From: an uncultured delta proteobacterium
Lineage (GTDB): Bacteria; Desulfobacterota; Binatia; Binatales; Binataceae
DNA: 64,000 nt
Assembly: GCA_963808235.1 (NCBI GenBank)
Contig: CAWEEQ010000004.1
Coordinates: forward strand, 2,592,001-2,656,000
Reading direction: 5' to 3'
Below are positions 10,607-20,253 of this stretch, in pieces. The translations under genes were made by a program, and so were the position numbers. Numbering within the stretch: the first letter of the stretch is position 1; every line of letters begins with the position of its first letter. A model generated the notes under the pieces. It saw only the letters and a program-made list of their open reading frames with translations. It had not been told where the DNA came from and did no database searches.

Positions 10607-12229
10607 TCAGCGGATCGCGCCGCGAGAGCCGCGACCGGTGCGCAATGCGCTCGCGCGTATCCGCCACGCCGCTCGATCCTCGCCGCGCAGCACGACGAAC
10701 CACGCGTAAGCCGTGGTGACAATCATCGCCGCGGCGAATCCACCCGCGAAGCTAAACCATCCTGCGAACAAGCTTGAGCGAGCGATCATCCACCAGATCA
10801 GTGCGGCCCACGGCGCCGCGAGCGCGATCGATCGAACGGTCTCCCACACTACCAGCCGTCCGCTAACTCCATATCGAGTGCAGAACAGGTACGGCGAATA
10901 CCACGCCTCTCCGACCAGGTAGGCGATGACCGTCGCGAGGGTCACTCCGTAGAGCCCGAGCCATTTCCCGAGAAGCGCGCTTAAGACCACGTTGAGAATC
11001 GCGCCGGGAAGGGTCACGACGACTCTGTGCCTGCTGTCGCCGGACATATCGATAGTCCAGCCGAAGAACATGAAGTATGCGACCACCGCGGTCTGGATCG
11101 CGGTCAATAACGTGAGCGCGTCGCCGCCGTAGTAGGGAAGACCCACCCACAGGCGCACGAAATGCTGATTGAACGCCGCCAGCGTCGCGAGCAGGCACAG
11201 TCCCGCGCCGAGAAATATTCTGATCACCTCGAGCACTCTGCGTTCGAACAGCTCCGACTGGCCCGCGGCGCGCAGTTCCGCAAGGCCTGCCCAACTGACT
11301 TCGCTGAACGACGAAACAAATCCGCCCAGCACGGTCATCAGACGCTGCGTGATTGAGAATGTGACGACCGCCGCGGGGTCCGCGACGAGGCTTACTATTA
11401 TGTAGTCGGTAGCGAGGTTCATCTGTCCGCCGATGCCGGTCAGGAACATTGGCCAGCGCAGCGCCCATAGCTCCGTGTGGTCGACCTCGACCGGGCGACT
11501 GCGCATGTATCCCGACAAATGACGCGCGGCAAAATACGCCGAAACCGCCGAGAAGGCGGCGATTCCGATCACGTTCGCGACGAACTGGCCCGGCAAGCCC
11601 CATCCGCGCCACGCGAGCCATACCGCGAGCGCGGAAATCGTAACGGCTTGCACTGAGAGACCGACATTGACCAACGCGCCCAACTGCCTGCATGCGAGCA
11701 CGGATCTGAATACGTCCAATGGCGCAAGCAGGAACGCCGCCAATCCGAGCAACGTTCCCCACCGAAGCTCGTTGCTGAGCGAAGCCGATACGCCGACCAG
11801 CGCAGGCATGAACCAGGTGATCGCGATTCCCGCCGGCAACACCAGCCACAAAGTCTGCCGCATCGTGATCCGCATTCCCGATTTCAGCACGCCCACGGTG
11901 CCGGCAAGATCGCCTCTGCTCGCAGGCCTCAGCAGCAGCACGAGGAGAGTCGGCCCAAGTCCGACATAAAGAAAAGTCAGGTAGCTGGTCCACTGTTGCG
12001 ATGCTCGAAACGCGCCGAGCCGTTCGGCGCCCAAAAATCGCAATAGGTAGGGCGTCGTGACGAAGCCCGCGGCCATGGTGATAACGCTGCGCGCGACGAG
12101 CGTGAGCCATGAGAACGCCGCAAGCGCACTGCGGCTGCGCGCAGGCGCGGATTCGGTCTCGCCGATCTCAGGAGGGCAATCCGCGGAGCCGGCGACGGGG
12201 CTTTCAGCCAGTGCGCTAATTTCTTTCAC
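10607..12229 (-). CDS. wzx: Wzx-type polysaccharide flippase (MOP superfamily)
   Basis: About 14 hydrophobic segments, TPYLLRFLGAERLG, TDYIIV, LGLYGVTLAT; located inside the GT cluster. Confidence 0.8.
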   Translation of the reverse strand: MKEISALAESPVAGSADCPPEIGETESAPARSRSALAAFSWLTLVARSVITMAAGFVTTPYLLRFLGAERLGAFRASQQWTSYLTFLYVGLGPTLLVLLLRPASRGDLAGTVGVLKSGMRITMRQTLWLVLPAGIAITWFMPALVGVSASLSNELRWGTLLGLAAFLLAPLDVFRSVLACRQLGALVNVGLSVQAVTISALAVWLAWRGWGLPGQFVANVIGIAAFSAVSAYFAARHLSGYMRSRPVEVDHTELWALRWPMFLTGIGGQMNLATDYIIVSLVADPAAVVTFSITQRLMTVLGGFVSSFSEVSWAGLAELRAAGQSELFERRVLEVIRIFLGAGLCLLATLAAFNQHFVRLWVGLPYYGGDALTLLTAIQTAVVAYFMFFGWTIDMSGDSRHRVVVTLPGAILNVVLSALLGKWLGLYGVTLATVIAYLVGEAWYSPYLFCTRYGVSGRLVVWETVRSIALAAPWAALIWWMIARSSLFAGWFSFAGGFAAAMIVTTAYAWFVVLRGEDRAAWRIRASALRTGRGSRGAIR

Positions 12230-12239
12230 TCTTTACGGC

Positions 12240-13430
12240 TTAGCTTGGTTGATTTATGCGGCCGATCGCCGGCTGCGGATCCTCGACCGTTGCGACGAAA
12301 TCGCGCGCCATGTCTCGCCAACTATGCGCGCACAACTCGGCGGACAGCGGCTTTACAGACTCCTTCCAGGCCGGCATCGCGGCTCGCCAGCCAAGCAGAC
12401 GTTCGGCGAGTTCATCGACGCTCGAGGGATCGCGCAATATCAATCCGGATAGTGAAGCCGGGTAACGCTCCGAGATTCCGGCGGTCGCACTGACTATTGC
12501 TGGAACGCCCAGGCATAGCGCCTCCTGTACGTTCAATCCGTACGCCTCGTAGCGAACCGGGCTCACCAGAACGTCGGACGCGGTTAGCAAGTCTGTGATT
12601 CGATCGGAGAAACCAAGCATCGTCATTCGCGATGAAATCCCTGCCTGCTCGATCCGCCGCCGCCACGATTCGACACCGCGACCGCCACCGGCCACGACCA
12701 GGTCAACGTCCCAATCGGGAAGCGAGCAGAGTCGGCGCCACGCCGCAAACAGCGTGTCGATTCCCTTGTTGGTGTCGTAACCCAACGCGCCCACAAACGC
12801 CGCAAGAGGACGCTCCGAGTTTCTGCCGAGCCACGCGCGCGCAGCCATTCGGTTGGCGTCTGCGATCGGGCGCGGCGGAGAGTCGGCGCCCAGATATATC
12901 GTGTGGATTTTCTCCGCGGGCACGCCGAGCGTCGTAATAAGATCATGCCGGGTGCGTTCCGAGTTCGCGATGACGATCCTGGAGTTACCGAGCGTCAATC
13001 GTTCGCGTCGGCGCGCGAACGATTTATCAATCCGGTTCTTCAGTTTGAACCACCACGGCGCGTAGTCGTCGCACGATGGCCACGCGTGATGCACCGAATG
13101 AACCCAGTTGATATCGCGCCCGTCGCAGTTTCCCCCGTTAACCACGACTCGAGCGCGCGGAAAATGCGCGCTTACCGCCCGCGCAACCATCTTTCCGCGA
13201 ATACCGAGAAGCCAGTTGCCGAGGAAATAAGAACCCGCCGGCCTGCCAACCCGAGTGACCGTGATCTGCGGATGCGCGGCAAGGCACGATGCGACATCAT
13301 GGGCAACCAGATGAACCGGATGCCCCCGCGATATGAGGAAGTCCGCGAGCGCCGCGTTCGCCTTGTCCATCCCGCCATGCTGATGGAACCCGCCCGCGAC
13401 CAGCACCCAGGGTTCGGACCCTTTGACCAT
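12240..13430 (-). CDS. GT4 glycosyltransferase
   Basis: GGMDKAN, NKGID, YEAYGLNVQEALCLG. Confidence 0.88.
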   Translation of the reverse strand: MVKGSEPWVLVAGGFHQHGGMDKANAALADFLISRGHPVHLVAHDVASCLAAHPQITVTRVGRPAGSYFLGNWLLGIRGKMVARAVSAHFPRARVVVNGGNCDGRDINWVHSVHHAWPSCDDYAPWWFKLKNRIDKSFARRRERLTLGNSRIVIANSERTRHDLITTLGVPAEKIHTIYLGADSPPRPIADANRMAARAWLGRNSERPLAAFVGALGYDTNKGIDTLFAAWRRLCSLPDWDVDLVVAGGGRGVESWRRRIEQAGISSRMTMLGFSDRITDLLTASDVLVSPVRYEAYGLNVQEALCLGVPAIVSATAGISERYPASLSGLILRDPSSVDELAERLLGWRAAMPAWKESVKPLSAELCAHSWRDMARDFVATVEDPQPAIGRINQPS

Positions 13431-13463
13431 TACGCCTAGCTTTCGGATGCCTGTTGGTCACCC

Positions 13464-14810
13464 TCACATCATATTCCCGGCGAGCCGGGCGTGTGCGACC
13501 CGGCCGGGTTGCGCGGTTCTCTGCCCGGCCATCGAAAATCGCGCCGTCGATACCCATCCAACCAGCATCAGCAGAACCGCCGTTGCGGGAGTCGAATTCA
13601 GCATTCCAGTCCCGGTAAATGCGGTGCCGAACGAAATCAGCAGATAGATCCGGGCCAGCCGAAGGGCGAGATTCCACGGATTGTTGCCGCGCGGCAGCGG
13701 GCTGAGCATCGCCCAGAGAATAAACGCTATCCAGATGAGCAGCCCCGGGATGCCCTGTTCAAGCATGATTCGGGAGTACTCATTTTCCATTGCGACTCCA
13801 TCTTTAATCCGATCCTGGAGGAAGTAAGGGAGGCTGGTCCCTCCGCCGCCAAGACCATTGCCCATCGGATATTTGATCGCGTAGTCGAGGAATGTGTTAC
13901 CGGCGCCGTTATAGGTGAAAAGGCGCGCCTCGACGTAGTCGGTATCGGAGAGACTGGTAAATCTCTGCAAGCGCGGATTGTTTCCGACCACCCAGCCCAC
14001 GATCGCAACTACCACTGCCACCCGGAGGAGGACTTTCAGCGAGATTTGCCCCATCATGAACGTCAGTCCCAGCATCAGGAAAAGTATCATCGCCTGGGTT
14101 CTCGACGCGCCCATGAAGACGCCCAGTACACTCGCAAAGATCGCGGCGGACAGCAGCCAGAAATCGAGTTTGTTTCCGCGTCGCTGCACCCACGCGCCGA
14201 GCAGCAGGACCATGGTTGAGACCATCATCCCGCAGTACGCGGCGGCGTTGATGAAGGTGGCAGGAATTCGATATGCCGAGTGGCCCACCACGTCTCTGGA
14301 AGTGTAGATGATCTGCGTCATCACATTTCTGGGATAGAACCTCGGGACACCCCCGATGTATTCGCCGAGGGCGAAGGCGAACGCGATCAGGTTAAGAACG
14401 GCGAACCATCTCGCCAGAAAATACCAATCGTCGCGTTCCAGCATCGCGCCGATCACAATGAAAGGAATGAAAAATATCTGCCCGCGCAATCCGACCAGCT
14501 GGATCAACGGATCCTGAACGGGAAAGAAGAACAGCAACAGCGGCCATCCAACCAGCAACGCGATCCACGGCTGCAACCGGACGATCCGTGGCCGTTGCTC
14601 GGGATTCACGCCACGCGAAATTAGCGAGAGATAAAAACCGACCGCGCCAGCGTCGAACAGAAAGTGCATTATAGGCGTCGGCAGGTTGGCGCGCATGATT
14701 CCGTACCCGTAGCCAATCGTCATCACCACCCCGAGGCCCAATGCGATCGAGCGCCTGCCCGCAACAAAACATGCGAGCATCGCTGCTGTACAGAGTCCTA
14801 TTCCTTCCAT
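13464..14810 (-). CDS. Wzy-like polysaccharide polymerase / O-antigen-ligase-family membrane protein
   Basis: About 11 TM segments, R-x-x-ATF, GASRT, YPMGNGLGGG, MENEYSRIMLEQGIPG. Confidence 0.7.
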   Translation of the reverse strand: MEGIGLCTAAMLACFVAGRRSIALGLGVVMTIGYGYGIMRANLPTPIMHFLFDAGAVGFYLSLISRGVNPEQRPRIVRLQPWIALLVGWPLLLFFFPVQDPLIQLVGLRGQIFFIPFIVIGAMLERDDWYFLARWFAVLNLIAFAFALGEYIGGVPRFYPRNVMTQIIYTSRDVVGHSAYRIPATFINAAAYCGMMVSTMVLLLGAWVQRRGNKLDFWLLSAAIFASVLGVFMGASRTQAMILFLMLGLTFMMGQISLKVLLRVAVVVAIVGWVVGNNPRLQRFTSLSDTDYVEARLFTYNGAGNTFLDYAIKYPMGNGLGGGGTSLPYFLQDRIKDGVAMENEYSRIMLEQGIPGLLIWIAFILWAMLSPLPRGNNPWNLALRLARIYLLISFGTAFTGTGMLNSTPATAVLLMLVGWVSTARFSMAGQRTAQPGRVAHARLAGNMM

Positions 14811-14864
14811 TCGCTACCGGTCCAAATAAGTGATTTCATCCCAGGCGGGTCCCGAGCCCGCGGC

Positions 14865-16028
14865 TCACGCGATACCTACCGATCGACGTTCGCTCCCAAC
14901 CGCTCCTCGTGACGAGATCGCCTCCAATGAGCCGTGTAAGCGCGAGAGCTGAACCGCGGGATCGGTAAGTTGTTTCGCGCGCGCCGGGCCGCCCGCGCCG
15001 AGCCTGCTTCTCAAATCGCGATCGTTTATCAACCGCCCGAGCGCTTCGGCGACCGCCTCGGGCCTACCGGGCGGGACCAGGATTCCGCAACTCGAATCCA
15101 CTATTTCCAGACTGCCGCCGAGCCGTGAGGTGACCACCGGAAGGGCGGCGTAAAGCGCCTCGATGAACGTGATCCCGAATCCCTCCGGCGCGATATTCGG
15201 CTGACAGAAGATATCCGACGCCGCCAGGATCTTCGCGATGTCGGTTCGCTCGCCGACGAAGCGGACCCGATCCGAGATTCCCAATGCGCTCGCCGCCCGC
15301 TTGAGCTCAGCTGCATAGGCGACTTCATCGGGACGCTGCGCGCCTCCGACCATCCACGCGGTCCATCCCGATCCGCCTGACGACTCGCGCAATTGCGAGA
15401 GCGCCTCAAGATGAACCAGGTGGCCCTTCAGACTCTCGAGACGGCTCACTTGCACGATCACGGTTGCATCGGCCGGCGTATCAAATTCGCGCCTTACCTC
15501 GGCGCGATAATCCAATGGGTGATTCAGATCGGAGGGTGCGACCGGTGTGTAAATTACCTCATGCGGTATTCCGGGAAAAATCGTCGGCAGGGAATCCGCG
15601 GTGCATTTGCTGTTGCAAATGGCCGAATCGGGGCGAGTCAGCGCGGCCCATCGATCGAGCCATCCGCGGCCGTCCGCAACCCCGTGCATCCAGAAGACGA
15701 GCGGAACGCCGGATGCTCGAACGGCCGGGCCCAGGATTGCCTGCGTCCACGGCAGATGACACACGGCGACGTCAACGCTGCAGGCATTGAGCACTTCGCG
15801 CAGGCGCCGCCTGACCCGCAGCACCGAAAGAGGATTGCGCGCGCGAACCTCTCCGAGCAGATGGACGGCGACTCCGGTCGCCGCCAGTTCTTCGCTGAGC
15901 CGTCCGGGATAGCAGAGCGCAAATTCCGGCTCCATCCCGGCGGATAGCTTGCGGCTGCGCGCGAGCGTCATCAGCAGTGTCTCGACGCCGCCGTAGAGAC
16001 GGCCACTCACGATGTGCATCACGCGCAT
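14865..16028 (-). CDS. GT4 glycosyltransferase
   Basis: MRVMHIVSGRLYGGVE, SRLESLKGH, EGFGITFIEA; ATG 16028 overlaps the upstream stop. Confidence 0.9.
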   Translation of the reverse strand: MRVMHIVSGRLYGGVETLLMTLARSRKLSAGMEPEFALCYPGRLSEELAATGVAVHLLGEVRARNPLSVLRVRRRLREVLNACSVDVAVCHLPWTQAILGPAVRASGVPLVFWMHGVADGRGWLDRWAALTRPDSAICNSKCTADSLPTIFPGIPHEVIYTPVAPSDLNHPLDYRAEVRREFDTPADATVIVQVSRLESLKGHLVHLEALSQLRESSGGSGWTAWMVGGAQRPDEVAYAAELKRAASALGISDRVRFVGERTDIAKILAASDIFCQPNIAPEGFGITFIEALYAALPVVTSRLGGSLEIVDSSCGILVPPGRPEAVAEALGRLINDRDLRSRLGAGGPARAKQLTDPAVQLSRLHGSLEAISSRGAVGSERRSVGIA

Positions 16029-17320
16029 CAGGGTTTCCTGCCGGCCACGCGTTCGAAGATGGGAATCATCTGGGCGGCGAGGCGGCTGCGCGCAAATGAT
16101 TTTTCCGCCGATGCGCGGCCCGCCGCGCCCAGACTCGCGCGCTCCGATGGATCGCAGACGAGCCGTTCGATACATCTTGCAAGTCCCGCGCTGTCGCCGG
16201 GCTGATGCGTCAGCACGCCGCCGGATAGCTGTACGATCTCCGCCGCGCCTCCGGCTGCGCTTGCGATCACGGGTTTCCCGCACGCCATCGCTTCGATTAT
16301 CGCAAGTCCAAACGGTTCGGGTTCCGTGCTTGCATGCACCACGATATCGAGCGCGCGGATCGCGGAGGGTACGTCATCGACAAATCCTGTGAACCCTACT
16401 CGATCTGAAATTCCAAGCCGCGCGGCTGTCGCCCGCAACTCAGCCGCCGACAACTGGCTCCCGCGAGTCGGATAAATCGCGCCGCCGATCACGTAAGCCC
16501 TCACCCGCGAGCGCGAGCTGTCGCTCAAGCCGGCGATCGCGCGGAGGAACACCTCGTGACCCTTCCATCTCGCCATCGTAGCTACGAGTCCCACCCGAAC
16601 CGTGCCCTGAGGCGCTGAGAGCATCCCTGCCAGCGCGTCGAGGTCGAGCGCCGCACCGGCGGGCGCAAATTGATCGAGGTCAACCGCGTTGTAGACGGTA
16701 GTGGTCTCGATTCGATCCCCGCAGACTCTGCCGAACTCATCGCGCACGCTGTCGGAATTCGCGATTGCAGCGGCGCATCGGTTCGCTTGCATCCGCATCA
16801 GGCGCGACATCACCGGACGCGCGCCGACGTAATCGTGTATGTGCCAAATGACCGGCGTCTTGCGTCGAGCCGCCCACGCGCCGATCACGTGCATCTTGAA
16901 GCCGTTGGTGTGAATCAGCGTCGGCGCGAACTGTTCGATCGTTTGGGCGAGCATCTGTGTGTATCGATTGGTGGCGATTGCGGCGCCCAGCATGCTGGTA
17001 GCTATCGACAAACGCACCAGCGGCGCGCCCGCCGAACCGCGCATCGCGGAGTCTCCGATTCGCGCCAGCGATTGTGGCATCGGCAATACGGTCGCTGCGA
17101 TATTCATCGCGCGCGCACGGCGAACCAGTGGTCCGTCGCTGCCGGCTATCAGGCGTATCTCCCAATTCGGCCGCGCAGCCGCGACGCTTGCGATGATATC
17201 GATTAAGCTTCGCTCGGCGCCGCCGAACAGTCCCGACGGGTTAAGGAAAAGAATCCTCATCGGCGAAGCCAATCCGGCGCCTGCATCGGAGACACTGGCA
17301 AGCGGCGCAACCGCGCTCAC
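16028..17320 (-). CDS. GT4 glycosyltransferase
   Basis: LFGGAERS, RWKGH, EPFGLAIIEAMACGKPVI. Confidence 0.9.
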   Translation of the reverse strand: MSAVAPLASVSDAGAGLASPMRILFLNPSGLFGGAERSLIDIIASVAAARPNWEIRLIAGSDGPLVRRARAMNIAATVLPMPQSLARIGDSAMRGSAGAPLVRLSIATSMLGAAIATNRYTQMLAQTIEQFAPTLIHTNGFKMHVIGAWAARRKTPVIWHIHDYVGARPVMSRLMRMQANRCAAAIANSDSVRDEFGRVCGDRIETTTVYNAVDLDQFAPAGAALDLDALAGMLSAPQGTVRVGLVATMARWKGHEVFLRAIAGLSDSSRSRVRAYVIGGAIYPTRGSQLSAAELRATAARLGISDRVGFTGFVDDVPSAIRALDIVVHASTEPEPFGLAIIEAMACGKPVIASAAGGAAEIVQLSGGVLTHQPGDSAGLARCIERLVCDPSERASLGAAGRASAEKSFARSRLAAQMIPIFERVAGRKP

Positions 17321-20166
17321 CGAACGACCTCGCTCGCGTCGGCGGCGGATGCGGCCTTCAGCTTGCGCTCGAACTCCGCCAGGTGATCGCGGTACCTCGA
17401 ATTGTCCGGTGACAGCGCCACGGCGCGCTTATAGGCCCGCTCGGCATTGTAATATTGGTAGCGATCCTCTTCGATGCTTCCGATTGCAAAGTAGGTCGAA
17501 GGCGAATTGGGTTCGACTTCTAGTGCACGGTTGAGCGTCAGGAGCGCGCGATCCGGCCTGCTATCGGCGGCATACAAATCGCCCAATTGTACCAGCAGCC
17601 GGCCCGAATTCGGTTCGATTTTGAGCGCCTGCTCCATCGCGTCTTCGGCCGCATGGCGGTCGCCGGCGACCAGGTCCGCGTTGGCGAGTGCTTCAGTCAG
17701 CTCGAACGAGTCGGCGCCGTTCTCGATTCCGAGATCGATCACGCGGCGCGCGCCGTCCACGTCGTGCCGCGGTCCATAGACCATCACCGCCATGTCCGCA
17801 TAGATGCTTGAATCGTCGGGTGCCGAATCGCTGGCCTCCTGAAACGTGACGAGCGCGGTCCCCAACGCGCCGGCGCGGGCGAAGGCTTCCCCGGATTTCT
17901 GCAGGTACTTCGCACGCATCGCCGGATCATCCTGGAGGCGCGCCGCGCGCTCGAATGCGTGCGCCTCGTCACTGAACTGCCCGACGGTCTCATAGTATTC
18001 GCCGAGAGTTTCGGGCGCATGGTCGTAGCCACGGTCCACCGCTTCGTTGAGTCCTTCTTCGACCGCCTTTTTCAGCTCCGGCGGCAGCCACGCGATCAAT
18101 CGCGGCACCAGGTAGCGATGCTCCTGGAACCTGGGGTAATTGAGCACCGACGCCTTGACCTGCGCGAACGCGTCGGCATTCCGCTTGTCGCCGACCAGCG
18201 TCTGCGCATACAAATCGCGAGTGTTTGGATCGAGCGGGCTCAGCCAGACCGATCTCCTGAATTCAGCGTCCAGAACGTCCGGCGGCATCGTGTCTGCATC
18301 GAGCTTGATCAGCGCCAGGTGCGGAAACACGTCGGCTGGGTAGGTGACCAGCAGAGCGCGCGCCTGGGTCAGATCGACCGGTTGGGTAAGATTGTAGGGA
18401 AAAACTGTCGCGTCCTGCGTCAATGCGGCGCCTACCAGGACCAGCACCACCATCGCGACGGCGACCGCTCGCGCGCGAATTGCCCACGGCCGCGCGGCGA
18501 CCTCTTGAGCTGGACCCGTCGTCGTCAGCCGCACCAGCAATCCGGCGAAAACCGAAAACAGAAGTGCTATCGCCGGGATGCGCAGGTCGAAGTCGAAGAT
18601 TTCGACCACGCAGGCCGCCGCGATTCCGGCGATGATCGCCGCGAAGATTGGACCCGCCGATGCTTCCATCGTGCGCGCTCCCGAAATGACCCTTCGGACG
18701 ATCCGGACCGCCAGCCATGCGAACAGCGCGATACCGATGATTCCGGTTTCGGCGAGCAATTGCAGGTAGTCGTTGTGCGCCTCGGAGAAGAACAGCAATT
18801 GCCACGGCGGTAGCTGGTAGCGCTCGAAGATCTCCGGCCATCCGCCAAGCCCAACTCCGAAGATCGGGAAGTCCCGGATGAGCGAGAGGCCTCCCTTCCA
18901 CGCCGAGATTCGTCCGACGATAGTCCCCATTTCGGTCGCAGACTCATTGACCCGGCTGACCGTATCAACCCGCGCTTCGGGTCCGATAAAGATCATCGAG
19001 GCGCCGAGCAGGATCACGATACCAACGATTGCGAGGCGAACGCCGCCGAATCTCGCCAAGCCCGACGAATGCTCGTCGTTCCTTTGGCCGCGCGGCGCCG
19101 CCAGCAGGCACATCACGATCGTGCCCAGGATCAGGGCAAGCCATCCGCCCCGCGACAGGCTCAGCAGGATCGCAAGGAAGATCACGAAACTGGCGACCCC
19201 GCACTGAATCCTGAATGCCAGCGTCGCGCGGCGCGGCGAAAGCAAATTCGGAAACGCAGCACACGCCAGCGCAAGCGGAAAGACCATCGCAAGATATCCA
19301 GCAAAGTGATCGGGATCGATAAAAGGCCCGCGCGCGCGCAGCACCGGCTCAAACAGCGGCGCGCGCCAGTCATATGGAATGAAAAACCACAGCATCTTTC
19401 CATTCCAGGTCGCGCGCTCGATCAAGCCAACGAAAGCAACCGCGAATCCGGTCAGCAGGATCACCCGGAGCGAAACCCGGATGAACTTGAGCGTCGATTC
19501 CGCGTCGTCGCCGTAAGCGAGCGGATAAAAAGCAGTCACCAGGAACGCGCAGGCGCACGACAAAAGCGCGAGCAAACTCGATAGCGTCAGCAATGGCGCC
19601 AGTGCCAGCGGGCGCCAGCGTCCGCCGTAAATTTGCGTCGCCAGCGTCGAGACAGGGGAGGCCGTTTGACCAGTCGATACCCTGGCCGCCTTTGCGCCAG
19701 GCGGTAGGAACGGGATCGGAACGCCCTTTTTTACTTCGTCGAGGCTGGGCAGAATCACCGGCGCGGAGGCAGCGGCGGGATTTGTAGCTGGCGCTTTCCT
19801 ATTCGCCGCGAAGTTGTCGTAGGGACGCGAAGCGGGCCATCCCTCGAGCGCGTGCGAGTACACTTCGAAGGTGCTCGGCGACAGCGCGCGCACGACCGAA
19901 GGCGGAAGCGGAGTTATCTGGAAAATGACAAATGCGGCGAAGACAACGAACGGGATCGCAATCGTTCGCGCATTCGACTCGTCCTCACCGGCCGTCGATC
20001 CGGATCCCGCCAGCGCCGCCACCTTGACCATCCATAAGATCCCTAGTCCGAACAGCGCCGCTTCAAGGGGCCGATACGCCCACGGATGAACGCTGCCGAA
20101 GGCGAAGGGGCTGAGCACGATCAGAGTCAGCAACGCACCGACGACAAATTGATCGATCTTTCGCAA
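17317..20166 (-). CDS. O-antigen ligase (WaaL/O-OTase)-family protein with C-terminal TPR repeats
   Basis: RARGPF..PDHFAGYL, SLSRGG, PIFGVGLG, EAHNDYLQLLAETG; repeated A..ALxxxP TPR helices in the C-terminal third. Confidence 0.85.
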   Translation of the reverse strand: MRKIDQFVVGALLTLIVLSPFAFGSVHPWAYRPLEAALFGLGILWMVKVAALAGSGSTAGEDESNARTIAIPFVVFAAFVIFQITPLPPSVVRALSPSTFEVYSHALEGWPASRPYDNFAANRKAPATNPAAASAPVILPSLDEVKKGVPIPFLPPGAKAARVSTGQTASPVSTLATQIYGGRWRPLALAPLLTLSSLLALLSCACAFLVTAFYPLAYGDDAESTLKFIRVSLRVILLTGFAVAFVGLIERATWNGKMLWFFIPYDWRAPLFEPVLRARGPFIDPDHFAGYLAMVFPLALACAAFPNLLSPRRATLAFRIQCGVASFVIFLAILLSLSRGGWLALILGTIVMCLLAAPRGQRNDEHSSGLARFGGVRLAIVGIVILLGASMIFIGPEARVDTVSRVNESATEMGTIVGRISAWKGGLSLIRDFPIFGVGLGGWPEIFERYQLPPWQLLFFSEAHNDYLQLLAETGIIGIALFAWLAVRIVRRVISGARTMEASAGPIFAAIIAGIAAACVVEIFDFDLRIPAIALLFSVFAGLLVRLTTTGPAQEVAARPWAIRARAVAVAMVVLVLVGAALTQDATVFPYNLTQPVDLTQARALLVTYPADVFPHLALIKLDADTMPPDVLDAEFRRSVWLSPLDPNTRDLYAQTLVGDKRNADAFAQVKASVLNYPRFQEHRYLVPRLIAWLPPELKKAVEEGLNEAVDRGYDHAPETLGEYYETVGQFSDEAHAFERAARLQDDPAMRAKYLQKSGEAFARAGALGTALVTFQEASDSAPDDSSIYADMAVMVYGPRHDVDGARRVIDLGIENGADSFELTEALANADLVAGDRHAAEDAMEQALKIEPNSGRLLVQLGDLYAADSRPDRALLTLNRALEVEPNSPSTYFAIGSIEEDRYQYYNAERAYKRAVALSPDNSRYRDHLAEFERKLKAASAADASEVVR

Positions 20167-20253
20167 TACTCACCTTGCTCGTTTCGGAGTCGGAACGAGA
20201 ACCGTCGGGAGCTGATACGATCGCGGGCGCAATCGCTCCGGCGGCGCGCCGCC

